A DNA stretch of 64,000 bases from Eledone cirrhosa (lineage: Eukaryota): the NCBI GenBank assembly GCA_964016885.1, contig OZ024749.1, positions 32,240,001-32,304,000 of the forward strand, read 5' to 3'. The notes beneath the pieces were generated by a model that was not told the origin of the DNA, searched no databases, and saw only the letters and a list, made by a program, of their open reading frames with translations. Shown piece by piece: positions 50,947-62,722 of this stretch (position 1 is the stretch's first letter; every line of letters starts with the position of its first letter). The position numbers and the translations under genes were made by a program.

Positions 50947-51811
50947 CGAGGTGTGTCAGAAAAGTTCCAGGACTGATGTCACAAAAGATTTATTTCAAAC
51001 CCAAACTTCACCCTAAGAGTTTTCTCCTTCAAACTAATCCCCCTGGAGTATATAACTGTAATCTTAGCTCTCTGCAGCGATCAAACTTTTTTATTCATAA
51101 TTTTATATACATGTCCTCTGTTTCAAGTCATCAAGCAATGAGCACAGAGCAACGAACAAACTTGAAACCTCCGTCAGAAGCACTGGGATTGCTGCAGCAA
51201 GTGTATGGAGATGAGACGATGTCACGCTCATGTGTTTTTGAGTGGCGCAAGAGGTTTAAAGGAGCGGAAGACCCTCAACAACCAGCACTGAGGTCAACGT
51301 TGAGCGCATCAGGCAGATAGTGCGTAGTGATCGTCGGCTGACTGTTCGACTGATGGTAAATGAGCTGGGCATGAATCGGGACAGCGTCTGGAAGATTCTC
51401 ACTGAAGATTTGGACATGCGGAAAGTCTGAGCAAAGATGGGGCCAAAACTGCTGAACGATGACCAGAAGGGTTGACGCATGCAAGTGTGCCAGGACATCC
51501 TCGAGCATCTTGAAACCAAACCAGACTTGCTAGGGACAGTCATCACCGGTGATGAGTCATGAATCTTCGAGTACGAACCAGAGGGGACCTGTTTTGAAGA
51601 TGTGGACGACATCAAAAAGGCCGGGACAACGGAACTGCGGAGGATCCCGGAAGAATCCTTCCAGGAGTGCATGCAAGCGTGGCAGAAAAGGATGGAAAAG
51701 TCCATTAGACTCCAGGGGGATTACTTTGAAGGAGAAAACTCTTAGTGTGAAGTTTGGGTTTGAAATAAATCTTTTGTGACATCAGTCCTGGAACTTTTCT
51801 GACACACCTCG
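50947..51811 (+). mobile_element. Internally deleted mariner transposon, about 100-bp TIRs, TA TSD
   Basis: TA|cgaggtgtgtcagaaaagttcc...ggaacttttctgacacacctcg|TA; remnants VYGDETMSRSCVFEW, DRRLTVR, VITGDES*I, QGDYFEG with stops and a deleted catalytic core. Confidence 0.92.
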
Positions 51812-51954
51812 TATGTTTGTGTGTGTGTCCCAAAATCACCACCTTCCCCAACCACCAGAAAACATAAATACAACAGTTTTACAAGGACAGTTGGCTTTCC
51901 TGATGATTTCTTTTGAATGAAACAATTCTAGTCTTGTAGACACCATTTATATAT

Positions 51955-52340
51955 TAAACTTGAGTGTGAAAAAATTTGCTTGAGCAAATCTGGTCTCAGG
52001 AGCCACAGTCGCAGCCATGTTCAAAGAGAACCAGTAAGCAATGATCTCTACGGTATTGTGAAGGTTCACAGGCAACCTGATGCAAGACCTGAGGCCAGGG
52101 AGATCCATAGTTGTCATCAATGTGTGAAGAAGTGCAAGTCTCTAGCAGACTTGAAAAACCATATCTGAGCATCACACTTCTGAATCTGACAAGTGATTGC
52201 AATACTCTTAGTAGAGTAAACCGGCGACCCCACCAAGTTTACTTGGTGAGGAGGGTGATTTTGGACACCCTGCAGGACAAAAAACAAAACCTAACAAAGG
52301 GCGGAAGAACTCATAAGAGTCAACAGCCATCCGAAAGTGT
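51955..52340 (+). mobile_element. Probable LINE 3' end with decayed C2H2-like zinc knuckles
   Basis: ECEKICLSKSGLRSHSRSH and CHQCVKKCKSLADLKNHI*ASH; terminal gaagaactcataagagtcaacagccatc recurs at 13001. Confidence 0.5.
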
Positions 52341-53204
52341 GTAAATATGTATATACACATGTACCACGCGGTTAAACCAGTGGGAGTGAAGGACCCCTAG
52401 CCTTTGACAGGGCATTCTTCTAGGAGAAGGCAACTCAGGAAACTGGGATAACTCCAACATAAAACCTACGGCTCAGTAGTTACTGATGATGTTGATATTT
52501 TCTTCTTTTGGGGTTATAGCTACTGTCGCTCAGAGAGTGGGATTGGCTCAGTGCACAGTCTTTCCTCACTTTAGAAAATATCTTCATGCACAGGCATTGC
52601 ACGATAGAATTAGTTAATAATTATTAATAATGGTATATCGTCCAATGGTCATACTCGATAACGAGGGGGCAGCCATCATGTATGTATGTATGGAAGTATG
52701 TATGTATGTTTGTATGTATGTATGAAAGTATGTATGTATGTGTCTATGTATGTATATAGGCATGTATGTACATATGTATGTATGCTAAATATGTTTAAGA
52801 ATACTTATGTTACAGAAATCGATGACACTCAAGATTCAATTACAATCATATTGAAGTGAAAGATTGTGACTGTTAACCAAAAGCCTTGTCATCTTATCGG
52901 TGTCTTTCCAGCTCAATGTAAATTGTTAGTAGAGGAAACTACCTTTCCTACAATTAACTCTAACTGACTAACTCAAATGTTAATCAAATACAGACACATA
53001 GCTGGAACTGCTAAGGAAGGTGATTAATACAATGCACTTCCTACTAACTAGACACCACCCAGGGTCATTATCAGACTGGATGACACTTGTCCCAGGTAAA
53101 ACACTGTTACCTGATTATATCCAAATTATTCCATTGACATTTCTCTAAAACCCAATCAATCTATTTATTACATCTTTACCCCCAAATACACACACACACA
53201 CAAA

Positions 53205-53357
53205 ACGGTGGATTGGCAGAATCGGTAGAGGGTCGGACACACTGCTTTGCAGAAAAGAGTTATGGCCCTTTATGGTTTGAATTCATCCTTACGGGGGTTG
53301 ATAAAATAAAGTACCAGTAATGCACTGGGATAATTGTGTCAAAAGTAGAAACAATTA
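53205..53357 (+). mobile_element. Family A SINE with an internal deletion
   Basis: Family motifs. Confidence 0.7.
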
Positions 53358-53973
53358 TCATCATAATCATCATCATCATCATCGTTTAATGTCCAGTTTC
53401 CACACTAGCTTGGGTTAGACTGGTTGTCTCATTAGAGGCAATTTAGGTCAGATGACTATGTCTTGCTCATATAGAACTGATTCTGGCTAGGTTTTTACAG
53501 TTGGATGCCCTACGTAATGTCAACCACAGTTACGGTATGTGCTGAGTGCTTTTTGTCATGACACCTACAAGACCACTTTACAGTGAGCAACCACTTTACA
53601 GTGTGTGTCCTGTAAATAGTATGTTAGTGTATGTGAGCCTTTTAATAGAAGAGTAATGCATGTGTGTGTGTGATTATATGTATATACACTAAGGTATTCA
53701 CCAGAAATAGACAAATTTGTCAGAAATTTGCCTTTCAATGAAAACTCATACAGTGTATGGAAATAAAACAAGTTGTTTAAGTCTGAAGTAAAGACATTCT
53801 CCAAGAAAATGTCCAAAGTTCTAAACGATCTATAAGGAAGTTCCTGGAATAGGAAAGTACAATGCAAATTATGCACAGAAACAATTGTAAAGTATTCTAG
53901 TAAATTGCCATTTGTAAATGGAATTGTGTTTGGTTAATTATATATATATATATATATATTCTTTTTGTTCCAG

Positions 53974-54127
53974 TGACAGGCTATCGTGTGGCAACAATTA
54001 CGCTCTCATCATAGATGGCGGCACCTTAACTATCCTGTTGAAATACCATCGTGAAGATCTGCGTATTCTGTGTATGAACTGTAGAACAGTTCTCTGTTGT
54101 CGCTTGATTCCATTACAGAAAGCATCG
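53974..54127 (+). CDS. ATP11: ATP11-like exon: DRLSCGNNYALIIDGGTL...VLCCRLIPLQKAS
   Basis: ttccag| ... |gtaata, 154 nt; LIIDG and CCR..PLQK motifs; a tandem in-frame acceptor would start it at 53980. Confidence 0.9.
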
Positions 54128-54324
54128 GTAATATGTCTTATAATATACATCATCATCAGAACCACAATCATAACTATCATCATCATCATTGTCACCACCA
54201 CCATCATCACCACCATCATCATAACCACCATCATTATCATTGTCATCACCACCATCATCATAACCACCATCATTATAACCCCCATCATCATCATTGTCAT
54301 CACCATCAACCTCATTATCATCAT

Positions 54325-55020
54325 AATTTTTACATCTGGTTATCCAAGCTAGCATGGGTTGGACAGGTTTGTCCAGCACAGCTTCTTTACATTTTTTGCA
54401 TTCCTTCAAATGTCATCTCTTCTGTGAGGTTCAGCTTTTTGAGATCAGCTCTCACCACTTCTGCTAAGGTTTTTTCTTTCTTAGTCTTCCTCTACTGCAG
54501 CTTCCTTCTACTGGGAGTTCATGCCATTTCTTTACCTAAAAGTTATCCTTGGTCTTCCTCTACTGCAGCTTCCTTCTACTGGGAGTTCATGCCACTTCTT
54601 TACCTAAAAGTTATCCTTGGTCTTCCTCTACTACAGCTTCCTTCTACTGGGAGTTCATGCCACTTCTTTACCTAAAAGTTATCCTTGGTCTTCCTCTACT
54701 ACAGCTTCCTTCTACTGGGAGTTCATGCCACTTCTTTACCTAAAAGTTATCCTTGGTCTTCCTCTACTGCAGCTTCCTTCTACTGGGAGTTCATGCCACT
54801 TCTTTACCTAAAAGTTATCCTTGGTCTTCCTCTACTGCAGCTTCCTTCTACTGGGAGTTCATGCCACTTCTTTACCTAAAAGTTATCCTTGGTCTTCCTC
54901 TACTACAGCTTCCTTCCACTGGGATATCATCCTCCATATTGCCTCTCATGGTACCAGTACAGTCTTCTCTCTCAGAAACCACATTTGATTCCTCTTACAC
55001 TCAGTTTTTCTTTCAGCCTT
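54325..55020 (-). mobile_element. Degenerate RTE 3' fragment containing a 68-bp minisatellite (about 6.5 copies, about 54480-54920)
   Basis: rc of the unit encodes VKKWHELPVEGSCSRGRPR, homologous to RTE VKKCQEMPVEGRRGRGRPR; RTE-type tail near 54325-54370. Confidence 0.75.
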
Positions 55021-55266
55021 GTTGTTTACAACTCAGACCTATATTTCAAAAACATATCTTATTAAGATAGATTAAAAACAATGAGCAGGTTGAGACTAGT
55101 TTCGGTTGTTGTTGAAACTATCATCAGAAACTATCTACATTTCTCTCATAATCCACAGTGAAACATACAATGACATCTTGAGACAGATGTTCACAAACCT
55201 ATTACATAGGTACTGAGGTAGTTATGATGAGATCTATGTGTGTGAGATCTATGTTTGTTATATAAA

Positions 55267-55482
55267 GGGCGGTAGATTTGTAGTAATTGGTAGAGTATCG
55301 GACATGCTTTGCAGCTTACAGTTACGACCGTTTACTTTCTGAGTTCAAATCCTGCCAAGGTTAGTTTTGCCTTTCATCCTTATGAGGTCGATAAAATAAA
55401 ATACCAGTAATGCACTGGGGTCGATTTAATTGATTTCTCCCTCCCCAAAATTATTGGCCTTGTGTCTAAATCAACAACCATT
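55267..55482 (+). mobile_element. Family A SINE (long variant)
   Basis: gggcggtag...gagttcaaatcctgcc...gcctttcatcctt. Confidence 0.75.
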
Positions 55483-55589
55483 ATATATAGACATACTGTA
55501 TATGTTTCTATGTCTGGCTTCATTGTGAATCACACTGTGTTAGTGTTATCACTAATGAATATCTTTTGTTTTCTATCCAAACATTGCAG

Positions 55590-55692
55590 ATAGTAAATTT
55601 AATAAAAACCTCAAAACAGCGACCAATCACTGCTGCCATTGGAGATGGTGCTAATGATGTCAGCATGATACAGGAAGCCGATGTTGGACTAG
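55590..55692 (+). CDS. ATP11: ATP11-like exon: IVNLIK...[22 protein letters not shown]
   Basis: ttgcag| ... |gtaagt, 103 nt; GDGAND hinge motif. Confidence 0.96.
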
Positions 55693-55704
55693 GTAAGTTC
55701 CATT

Positions 55705-55739
55705 GTTAGAATTGCTGGTGGTGGTGGTGGTGGTGGTTG

Positions 55740-55771
<32 letters not shown>

Positions 55772-56610
55772 AATGTGGGTTGTAGTGGCGATGGTGTTGG
55801 TTTTGTTGTTGGTCGGGTGGTGGTTGTGGTGGTGGTTGTGATTGTGGAGATGGTGGTGGTGGCGGTGGTGGTGGCGGTGGTGGTGGTGGTTGTGCTGCTG
55901 CTGCTGCTGCTGCTGCTGTTGCTGCTGAATGTGGGTTGTAGTGGTGATGGTGTTGGTTTTGTTGTTGGTGGGGTGGTGGTTGTGGTGGTGGTTGTGATTG
56001 TGGAGATGGTGGTGGTGGCGGTGGTGGTGGTGGTGGTGGTGGTGGTTGTGCTGCTGCTGCTGCTGCTGCTGCTGATGCTGCTGCTGTTGCTGCTGAATGT
56101 GGGTTGTAGTGGCGATGGTGTTGGTTTTGTTGTTGGTCGGGTGGTGGTTGTGGTGGTGGTTGTGATTGTGGAGATGGTGGTGGTGGTGGTTGTGCTGGTG
56201 GCGGTGGTGGTGATTATGGTGTTTGTGGTAGTATTGGTGGTGATGGTGGTTGTGGTTGTGCTGCTGCTGCTGCTACGTGTGGGTTGTAGTGGTGATGGTG
56301 TTGGTAGTATTGGTGGTAGTATTGGTGGTGGTGGTGGTGGTGGTGGATATGGTGATGGTGGTGGTGATTGTGGTGGTGACGGTAGAAGTGATAATGGTGG
56401 TGGTGGTGGGGGTGGGGGGTGGGGGGTTTGTGGTAGTGGTAGTATTGGTAGCAGTGATGGTGTTGGTGGTGATGGTGGTGGTAGTACTGTCGGTGCTGGT
56501 GGTGTTAGTGGTAGTGGTAATGGTGGTGGTGTGGTAATGGTGGTGGTGTGGTAATGGTGGTGGTGTGGTAATGGTGGTGGTGTGGTAATGGTGGTGGTGT
56601 GGTTTGGTGG
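55705..56610. repeat. (GGT/GCT)n compound repeat with three about 160-bp units
   Basis: gaatgtgggttgtagtgg(c/t)gatggtgttgg recurs. Confidence 0.88.
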
Positions 56611-56659
56611 TGCTGTTAACCCAACCTAGAATAAAAAAAATAAAAAACCCAGTTTGTGA

Positions 56660-56860
56660 AGAGAACTGGAATGAGATGACTGATGAGTCATTCATTGAGG
56701 AAGGATGAAAATGACTGGGTGAGAGGAGTAGAGCTAGTGTTGAATGTTATGAAGAGAAATAGATTGAGATGGTTGGGTCATGTGTTGAGGAAGGATGAAA
56801 GTAACTGGGCGAGAGAAATTGAACCAGTGTTTTATGTTGTGAAGAGAAATGGATGTACAA
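56660..56860 (+). mobile_element. Degenerate RTE fragment with a short internal duplication
   Basis: VMKRNRLRWLGHVLRKDESNW. Confidence 0.6.
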
Positions 56861-56945
56861 ACAGAGATGATGCTGGTGAAGATGATGATGATGATGATGA
56901 TGATGATGAGGAGGATTTGACTATTTTACTTTGCTTTTCCTACAG

Positions 56946-57091
56946 GGCTGTTTGGTAAAGAGGGGAGACAAGCAGTGCGATGCAGTGATTATGCATTTTC
57001 CCAGTTTCGGTTCCTCGTTCCTGCGCTCCTTAAACACGGTCACTACTACTATGTGAGAGTTGCCAACCTTGTACAGTATTTTTTCTACAAG
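56946..57091 (+). CDS. ATP11: ATP11-like exon: (G)[23 protein letters not shown]...[19 protein letters not shown]
   Basis: ctacag| ... |gtttgt, 146 nt. Confidence 0.96.
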
Positions 57092-57227
57092 GTTTGTATT
57101 CAAATTGTATTTATTGAGGATAAATGTCTTCCATTTTGGTTTAAGGTGAATGGAATTTGGTAGACAGAAACACTCTTGTAGAAACAAGGCATGTATCTGT
57201 CGGTGTGTTTAAGTATATATACATGTG

Positions 57228-57259
<32 letters not shown>

Positions 57260-57260
57260 A

Positions 57261-57305
<45 letters not shown>

Positions 57306-57356
57306 TATATATATGTATAGATAAATATATAGATAAATATTTATATATATAAATAG

Positions 57357-57403
<47 letters not shown>

Positions 57404-57445
57404 AAAATAAACAAAGAAGCCTTCAATACATCAAAAGTCTTTATT

Positions 57446-57488
57446 AGCTGACAGTGTTTCGTCCCTTTAATAGGGACTCATCAGAGCA
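57446..57488 (-). ncRNA. Type I hammerhead ribozyme motif, GUC cleavage triplet
   Basis: rc: gct-CTGATGA-gtccct(attaa)agggac-GAAA-cactg-TC-agc, then taataaa; same family as the 49555 copy. Confidence 0.8.
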
Positions 57489-57845
57489 AGTAAAGAGACA
57501 AGAAGCATTAATGGCCATAACAAGCCAAAATTCAGAAGAACAGGGAATTTATATCCATGAAAACTTAGGAAAGACAACATGGAAAGATATGCTAAAGCTA
57601 AAAGAGTGCATTTGCAAATATAGACTATAGGGTTAGAGAGCGAGTAATATGTCAAACCCACATTGAAAGTACAGTATAAGACAAATACATGAAACACAAC
57701 ATGGTAATACAATGTGAGAATTATAAGAATTATAATATGATATAGAATACAATATAATGGATAATAAGAAATAAAAAGCTTAATATATGTATATATATTA
57801 AGCTTTTTAAAAAGCTTAATATATGTATATATATGTATATATATT

Positions 57846-58138
57846 AAGTTCAATTCTCAGACCGGGTGATGTGTTGTTTCCTTGAGCAAGGCACTTTATT
57901 TCACATTGCTCCAGTTTACTCAGCTGTAGAAATGAGATGATAGGGACTGGTGTCCCTATCATTCCACTGTAAAGTGGTCGTGGAGGTGCCACGGCAAAAA
58001 AGCACCCAGCACTCACTGTAAATGAGGTTGGTGTTAGGAAGGGCATCCAGCTGTAGAAATCTAGCCAGCATCAGTTCCCATCCCACCCTTGCAAGCAGGG
58101 AAAAAGCGGATGTAAAATGAAATGAAATGATGAAATGA
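57846..58138 (+). mobile_element. 5'-truncated family B SINE
   Basis: Same core and tail. Confidence 0.82.
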
Positions 58139-58512
58139 ATCCATATATATACACATTTACACAAACACATACTAACACTTATTTAAATATTTAAATATAA
58201 ATATATTCTTTATAATATAATAATAATCGTTATAATAGAATAACCACCCTGACGGTGTGCATAAACAATACTAAAAACAATGGAATAATATACTGACATT
58301 AAAAAATATATAAAACTACATCATACGTATCATTTAAGGTCAACAAATTGTATATAAAGTTTTTCACAGGGTAAGAAAAAATATCAAATAAAAGTATGGT
58401 GAAAAAATATATATAAATATATATAATATACAGAGGCATCGGCAGTTCAAATTCATAAAATATTACTCTACATCTCCTCATGCATTGACTACTACCATGA
58501 TTAATGATCAGA

Positions 58513-58570
<58 letters not shown>

Positions 58571-58978
58571 GTAAGCATCTATGTGTATGTATTTGTATTT
58601 ATGTATACCAGTATATTTATTCAATTAATCAATTCAAAAGCCTGTATAGATCTAAGCCATGCCAAAGTAGGTGACATGGTGGAAGTATCTAGTATCCCTG
58701 ACAATTAAGAAACAAAAAAAATAACAAGAGAGAGATAAAGTGAGGAAAAAAGAAAGAAATATGACAACTGGAGGCAAAAGATGCAAAGATGCAAAAATGA
58801 AAAAAAAAAGATGTAAAATAAGGATAGTTATAAAACAACTAAAAGTTCCTGTTGTTGAATCTTTTCTTAGTCTCAATATACTGAAGGATCTTGTTTATAG
58901 TTGGTAGATCTTTTACAATATATTTTCATTATATTGTATCTCCAATCTTGTTACTTTTTTAATGACCATCTTCAAGAT

Positions 58979-59042
<64 letters not shown>

Positions 59043-59170
59043 ACTCACTCTCTCTCGTTGAATCTATTCTTGGCCTCAATATACTGAAAATTCATGTTTG
59101 AAGTTAGTACCTCTTTGACAATATAGTGTATCTCCAATCTTGTTACTTTTTTAATGACGATCTTCAAGAT

Positions 59171-59242
<72 letters not shown>

Positions 59243-59517
59243 TTGTAATTTCTACATAATTCCACAGAGGTTCTGGGAAGTTACTATAACAACATAGAGT
59301 TGAGTTGATATGACCTATTTGTGATAAAATCTTGTTCAAATTTTTTCAATAGTTTTCCCTATTTCAGTTCAAAATTTGTTGATGGCTTAAGGATAGTTTC
59401 TATAACCACATACCAGCTGCCATACAAAATTGAGCATTGATGACTTCTCTATATATATGTCGATGTACGTGTATGTATGTATGTGTGGGTGTATGTGTGT
59501 GAGTATGTGCATGTATT

Positions 59518-59579
<62 letters not shown>

Positions 59580-59621
59580 TATTGGCAACATATTATTGGC
59601 AACATGACCCTCCCAAAGTAT

Positions 59622-59676
<55 letters not shown>

Positions 59677-59742
59677 TAACAGATTAAAGTTTAATCAAAG
59701 AATCGAGCCTCTTTGGATTTTAGTCTTCAAATTTATTATTAT

Positions 59743-59784
<42 letters not shown>

Positions 59785-59814
59785 GCCTATAATGCATATA
59801 AATGTAAAAAAACC

Positions 59815-61355
59815 ATGAATATACCACCAATACATCAAACTAACCATAATACTAAAATAAACCACAGCAAACCATCATCTCATTCACATACAACAAGTCG
59901 TGAAAATTCCACACCTAATTTGACTATCTCCTCTGATACACCATTCACGAAAGGTTGTAACTGTAGAAACAAAGCAAATTGCCCATTAAAAGGAAATTGC
60001 CTTATTAATAACATAGTATATAAATGTAAAATTAACACTAAGGACTCAACTTATTCATATATAGGAGCTACTTCTAACCAATTTAAAGTAAGATTTAATA
60101 CCCACAAACACAGTTTTAAAAATGCCGCATTAGCTAATACAACATCCTTAGCTGAAATAATTAATAATTATAGAAAAAAGAATATAGATTATAACCTGAC
60201 CTGGAGTGTGCTCAAAAGGGCCACCCCTTATCAAAATAATAGATATGAATGTAGATTATGTTCCCAGGAACTTTTTGAAATAATGAAATCTAAGGATATC
60301 CTATTAAATAAACGACAGGAATTAATTATATCATGTAATCATAAATTGAGAAGAACTTTTAAATATTATAAACCTAATTAATATACACTTTACAAATTAT
60401 TATAATAACATTTTTTTTTAATTAGTTAACCTATAATTAATATTCTACTACTAATGAACTGCATAATTTTATTTCCCTTTTAAAGCTATCTTTTCCTAAA
60501 ATTTATACCAATAGGTATACATATAAACTATTTTAATTTCAGGTTATGAATCTATATTCCTTATAATCTATATAAATTTGTTATTTCTCACTAATAAATT
60601 TACCCCCCCCCCCAATCTATATAAATTTGTTATTTCTCACTAATAAATTTACCCCCCCCCCAATAATTATTATTATTATTTTTTTATTTTCCCTTTGTTT
60701 TTAACAGCACTCTTCAATTACATCTAACTCTTATTTATCATATCTATATGAATTAATATAAATTTATCAATATAAATATACCTATCAATTTAATTAATTT
60801 ATTTTCTTTTTATAGATGTAAATTCCTTATATTTTAAATAAGATTGATATTTTTCACTAACACATTTATCGTAAAATTTTATTCTCCTTAGATATTTACA
60901 TTAGCATTATTCTTTTATAACATCAATTTTTCGTGTACCTTTTACCGACTTGATCTATTTTCATCCCCAAAATAATCTCTTCATTCATTATACTCTTTCC
61001 ATTCAAAACTGAAATCTGCTTTCCTCTACCCCTAAATTAAAGTTCTATTACTACTATTCTACCATCTTGACCACTTACTACCTTTCTATTGGTCAATTCA
61101 AAACCTGTTCCCAAACAGACCTATTATATTAAATCTTTGTTGGTTTTTTTCAATAAACAAATATCATTATTTCTGAAGACAGCATATATATGTGTAGGTA
61201 TGTATATTCCCTCTGATAGTTTGTAAAAATTTTACATAGATCTATATGATATACATACCAACACACACACATATATATCCTAGAAACGATCGTAAAATGA
61301 TGAATTTTTTAATATAAGGAACTATTTCTTTGTTTTTATTCATTATTTTTATTAA
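59815..61355 (+). mobile_element. Penelope-like element 3' fragment: GIY-YIG endonuclease (to 60381), long AT-rich 3' region and hammerhead motif
   Basis: CNCRNKANCPLKGNC...IVY...YIGATSNQFKVRFNTHKHSF...W.VL...CRLC...LLNKRQELIISCNH. Confidence 0.85.
61164..61303 (+). ncRNA. Type I hammerhead ribozyme motif with about 100-nt stem II, downstream of the Penelope ORF fragment
   Basis: tcattattt-CTGAAGA-[atatatatgtgt..ggtatgtatat / atatacatacc..acacatatatat]-GAAA-cgatcg-TA-aaatgatga. Confidence 0.65.
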
Positions 61356-61527
61356 TATATATATATATATATTGTTATACTTTGGGAGGGTCATGTTGCC
61401 AATAAGAAACACACGCACCAGTTGCTTTCACTTCAATTTAATTTATTAAATATTTATAAATTTACAAATTTATAAATTTCTGGTTGGTTGGTTGGTTCCA
61501 CAACCAGATAGTTGTTTATATATATAT

Positions 61528-61572
61528 AGTCATAGTTCTTTCGTCACACACTCTGTGACCTCTTCAGTGACT
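61528..61572 (-). ncRNA. Type I hammerhead-like motif (left arm of palindrome)
   Basis: rc: agtca-CTGAAGA-g-gtcaca(gagtg)tgtgac-GAAA-gaac-TA-tgact. Confidence 0.6.
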
Positions 61573-61687
61573 GGGGATTTCTTTCTTCGTTTCTGTGCCT
61601 TTCCTTTCTTCTATCCTACGCCATTTTGAAACAAAATGGCGTAGGATAGAAGAAAGGAAAGGCACAGAAACGAAGAAAGAAATCCCC

Positions 61688-61732
61688 AGTCACTGAAGAG
61701 GTCACAGAGTGTGTGACGAAAGAACTATGACT
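61688..61732 (+). ncRNA. Type I hammerhead-like motif (right arm of palindrome)
   Basis: agtca-CTGAAGA-g-gtcaca(gagtg)tgtgac-GAAA-gaac-TA-tgact. Confidence 0.6.
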
Positions 61733-61941
61733 ATATATATATAAACAACTATCTGGTTGTGGAACCAACCAACCAGAAATTTATAAATTTGTAAATTTAT
61801 AAATATTTAATAAATTAAATTGAAGTGAAAGCAACTGGTGCGTGTGTTTCTTATTGGCAACATGACCCTCCCAAAGTATAACAATATCGGTTTCAACACA
61901 CGATTTCAGATAAAGAATCTTGCTAAACAAATTCAGAAACG

Positions 61942-61981
<40 letters not shown>

Positions 61982-61996
61982 ATGATGATGATGATG

Positions 61997-62042
<46 letters not shown>

Positions 62043-62043
62043 C

Positions 62044-62154
62044 GTATTCTGATGAGTTGATCAGAGGTAAATAATGTAATGGAGATCGAGTGATGCAACT
62101 TCAAGCAATTAGCGACCTCTAGACTCACCTGATCAATGAAACAATTGTCAATAC
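62044..62154 (+). ncRNA. Type I hammerhead ribozyme motif, GUC triplet, extended stem II
   Basis: gtatt-CTGATGA-gttgatcag...ctgatcaat-GAAA-caattg-TC-aatac, followed by AATAAA. Confidence 0.8.
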
Positions 62155-62194
62155 CTGAAATAAAGCCCAACTATGTTACTCTTCATTCTTTTAC

Positions 62195-62268
<74 letters not shown>

Positions 62269-62289
62269 TTTGTATTTTTACTATTACAG

Positions 62290-62349
62290 AATATAGCCTT
62301 CATTACAACACAGATCTATTACGCCTACTACAATGCATTCTCTCAACAG
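62290..62349 (+). CDS. ATP11: ATP11-like exon: NIAFITTQIYYAYYNAFSQQ (TM5)
   Basis: ttacag| ... |gtatgg, 60 nt; FSQQ is typical of ATP11. Confidence 0.9.
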
Positions 62350-62722
62350 GTATGGTAATGTTGATATTTCCCAGATTCTTCCTTTGATAAGGTCAATGCA
62401 TTAGCCTGTTGCTATTCTTGATCTTCATGTGTTTGTTACAGGTTCCTCACACAGTTAAAAACTGTCTGAGAAGTGCACTTACAAGATCATTAGACAACCC
62501 ACCGATGCTGGAAAGACAGTGGCTTGGCACCAGTGATGTTGCAACTCTTTTCTACTGCTGAGTAAACTGGAGCAACATGAAATAAAGGGTTTTGCTCAAA
62601 GATTCAATGCATTACTTGGTCCAAGAATCGAACTCACAGCCTGTCAATTGAAAGTTCAATGCCTTAACCACTAAGCCATCGGCCTTCACTATATATATAT
62701 ATATATATAAATATATGTATAG

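Larger units (their letters stand above)
61369..61887. repeat. Near-perfect palindrome, about 257-bp arms, 3-nt loop
   Basis: Centre ...cgccattttg AAA caaaatggcg... at 61630; the only difference noted is one extra ttgg unit. Confidence 0.95.

Noticed and set aside
55089-55132. Minus-strand CTGATGA...GAAActagTC hammerhead-like core
   Set aside because: Helix I and the base of helix II do not pair; at best a decayed relic, so not counted.
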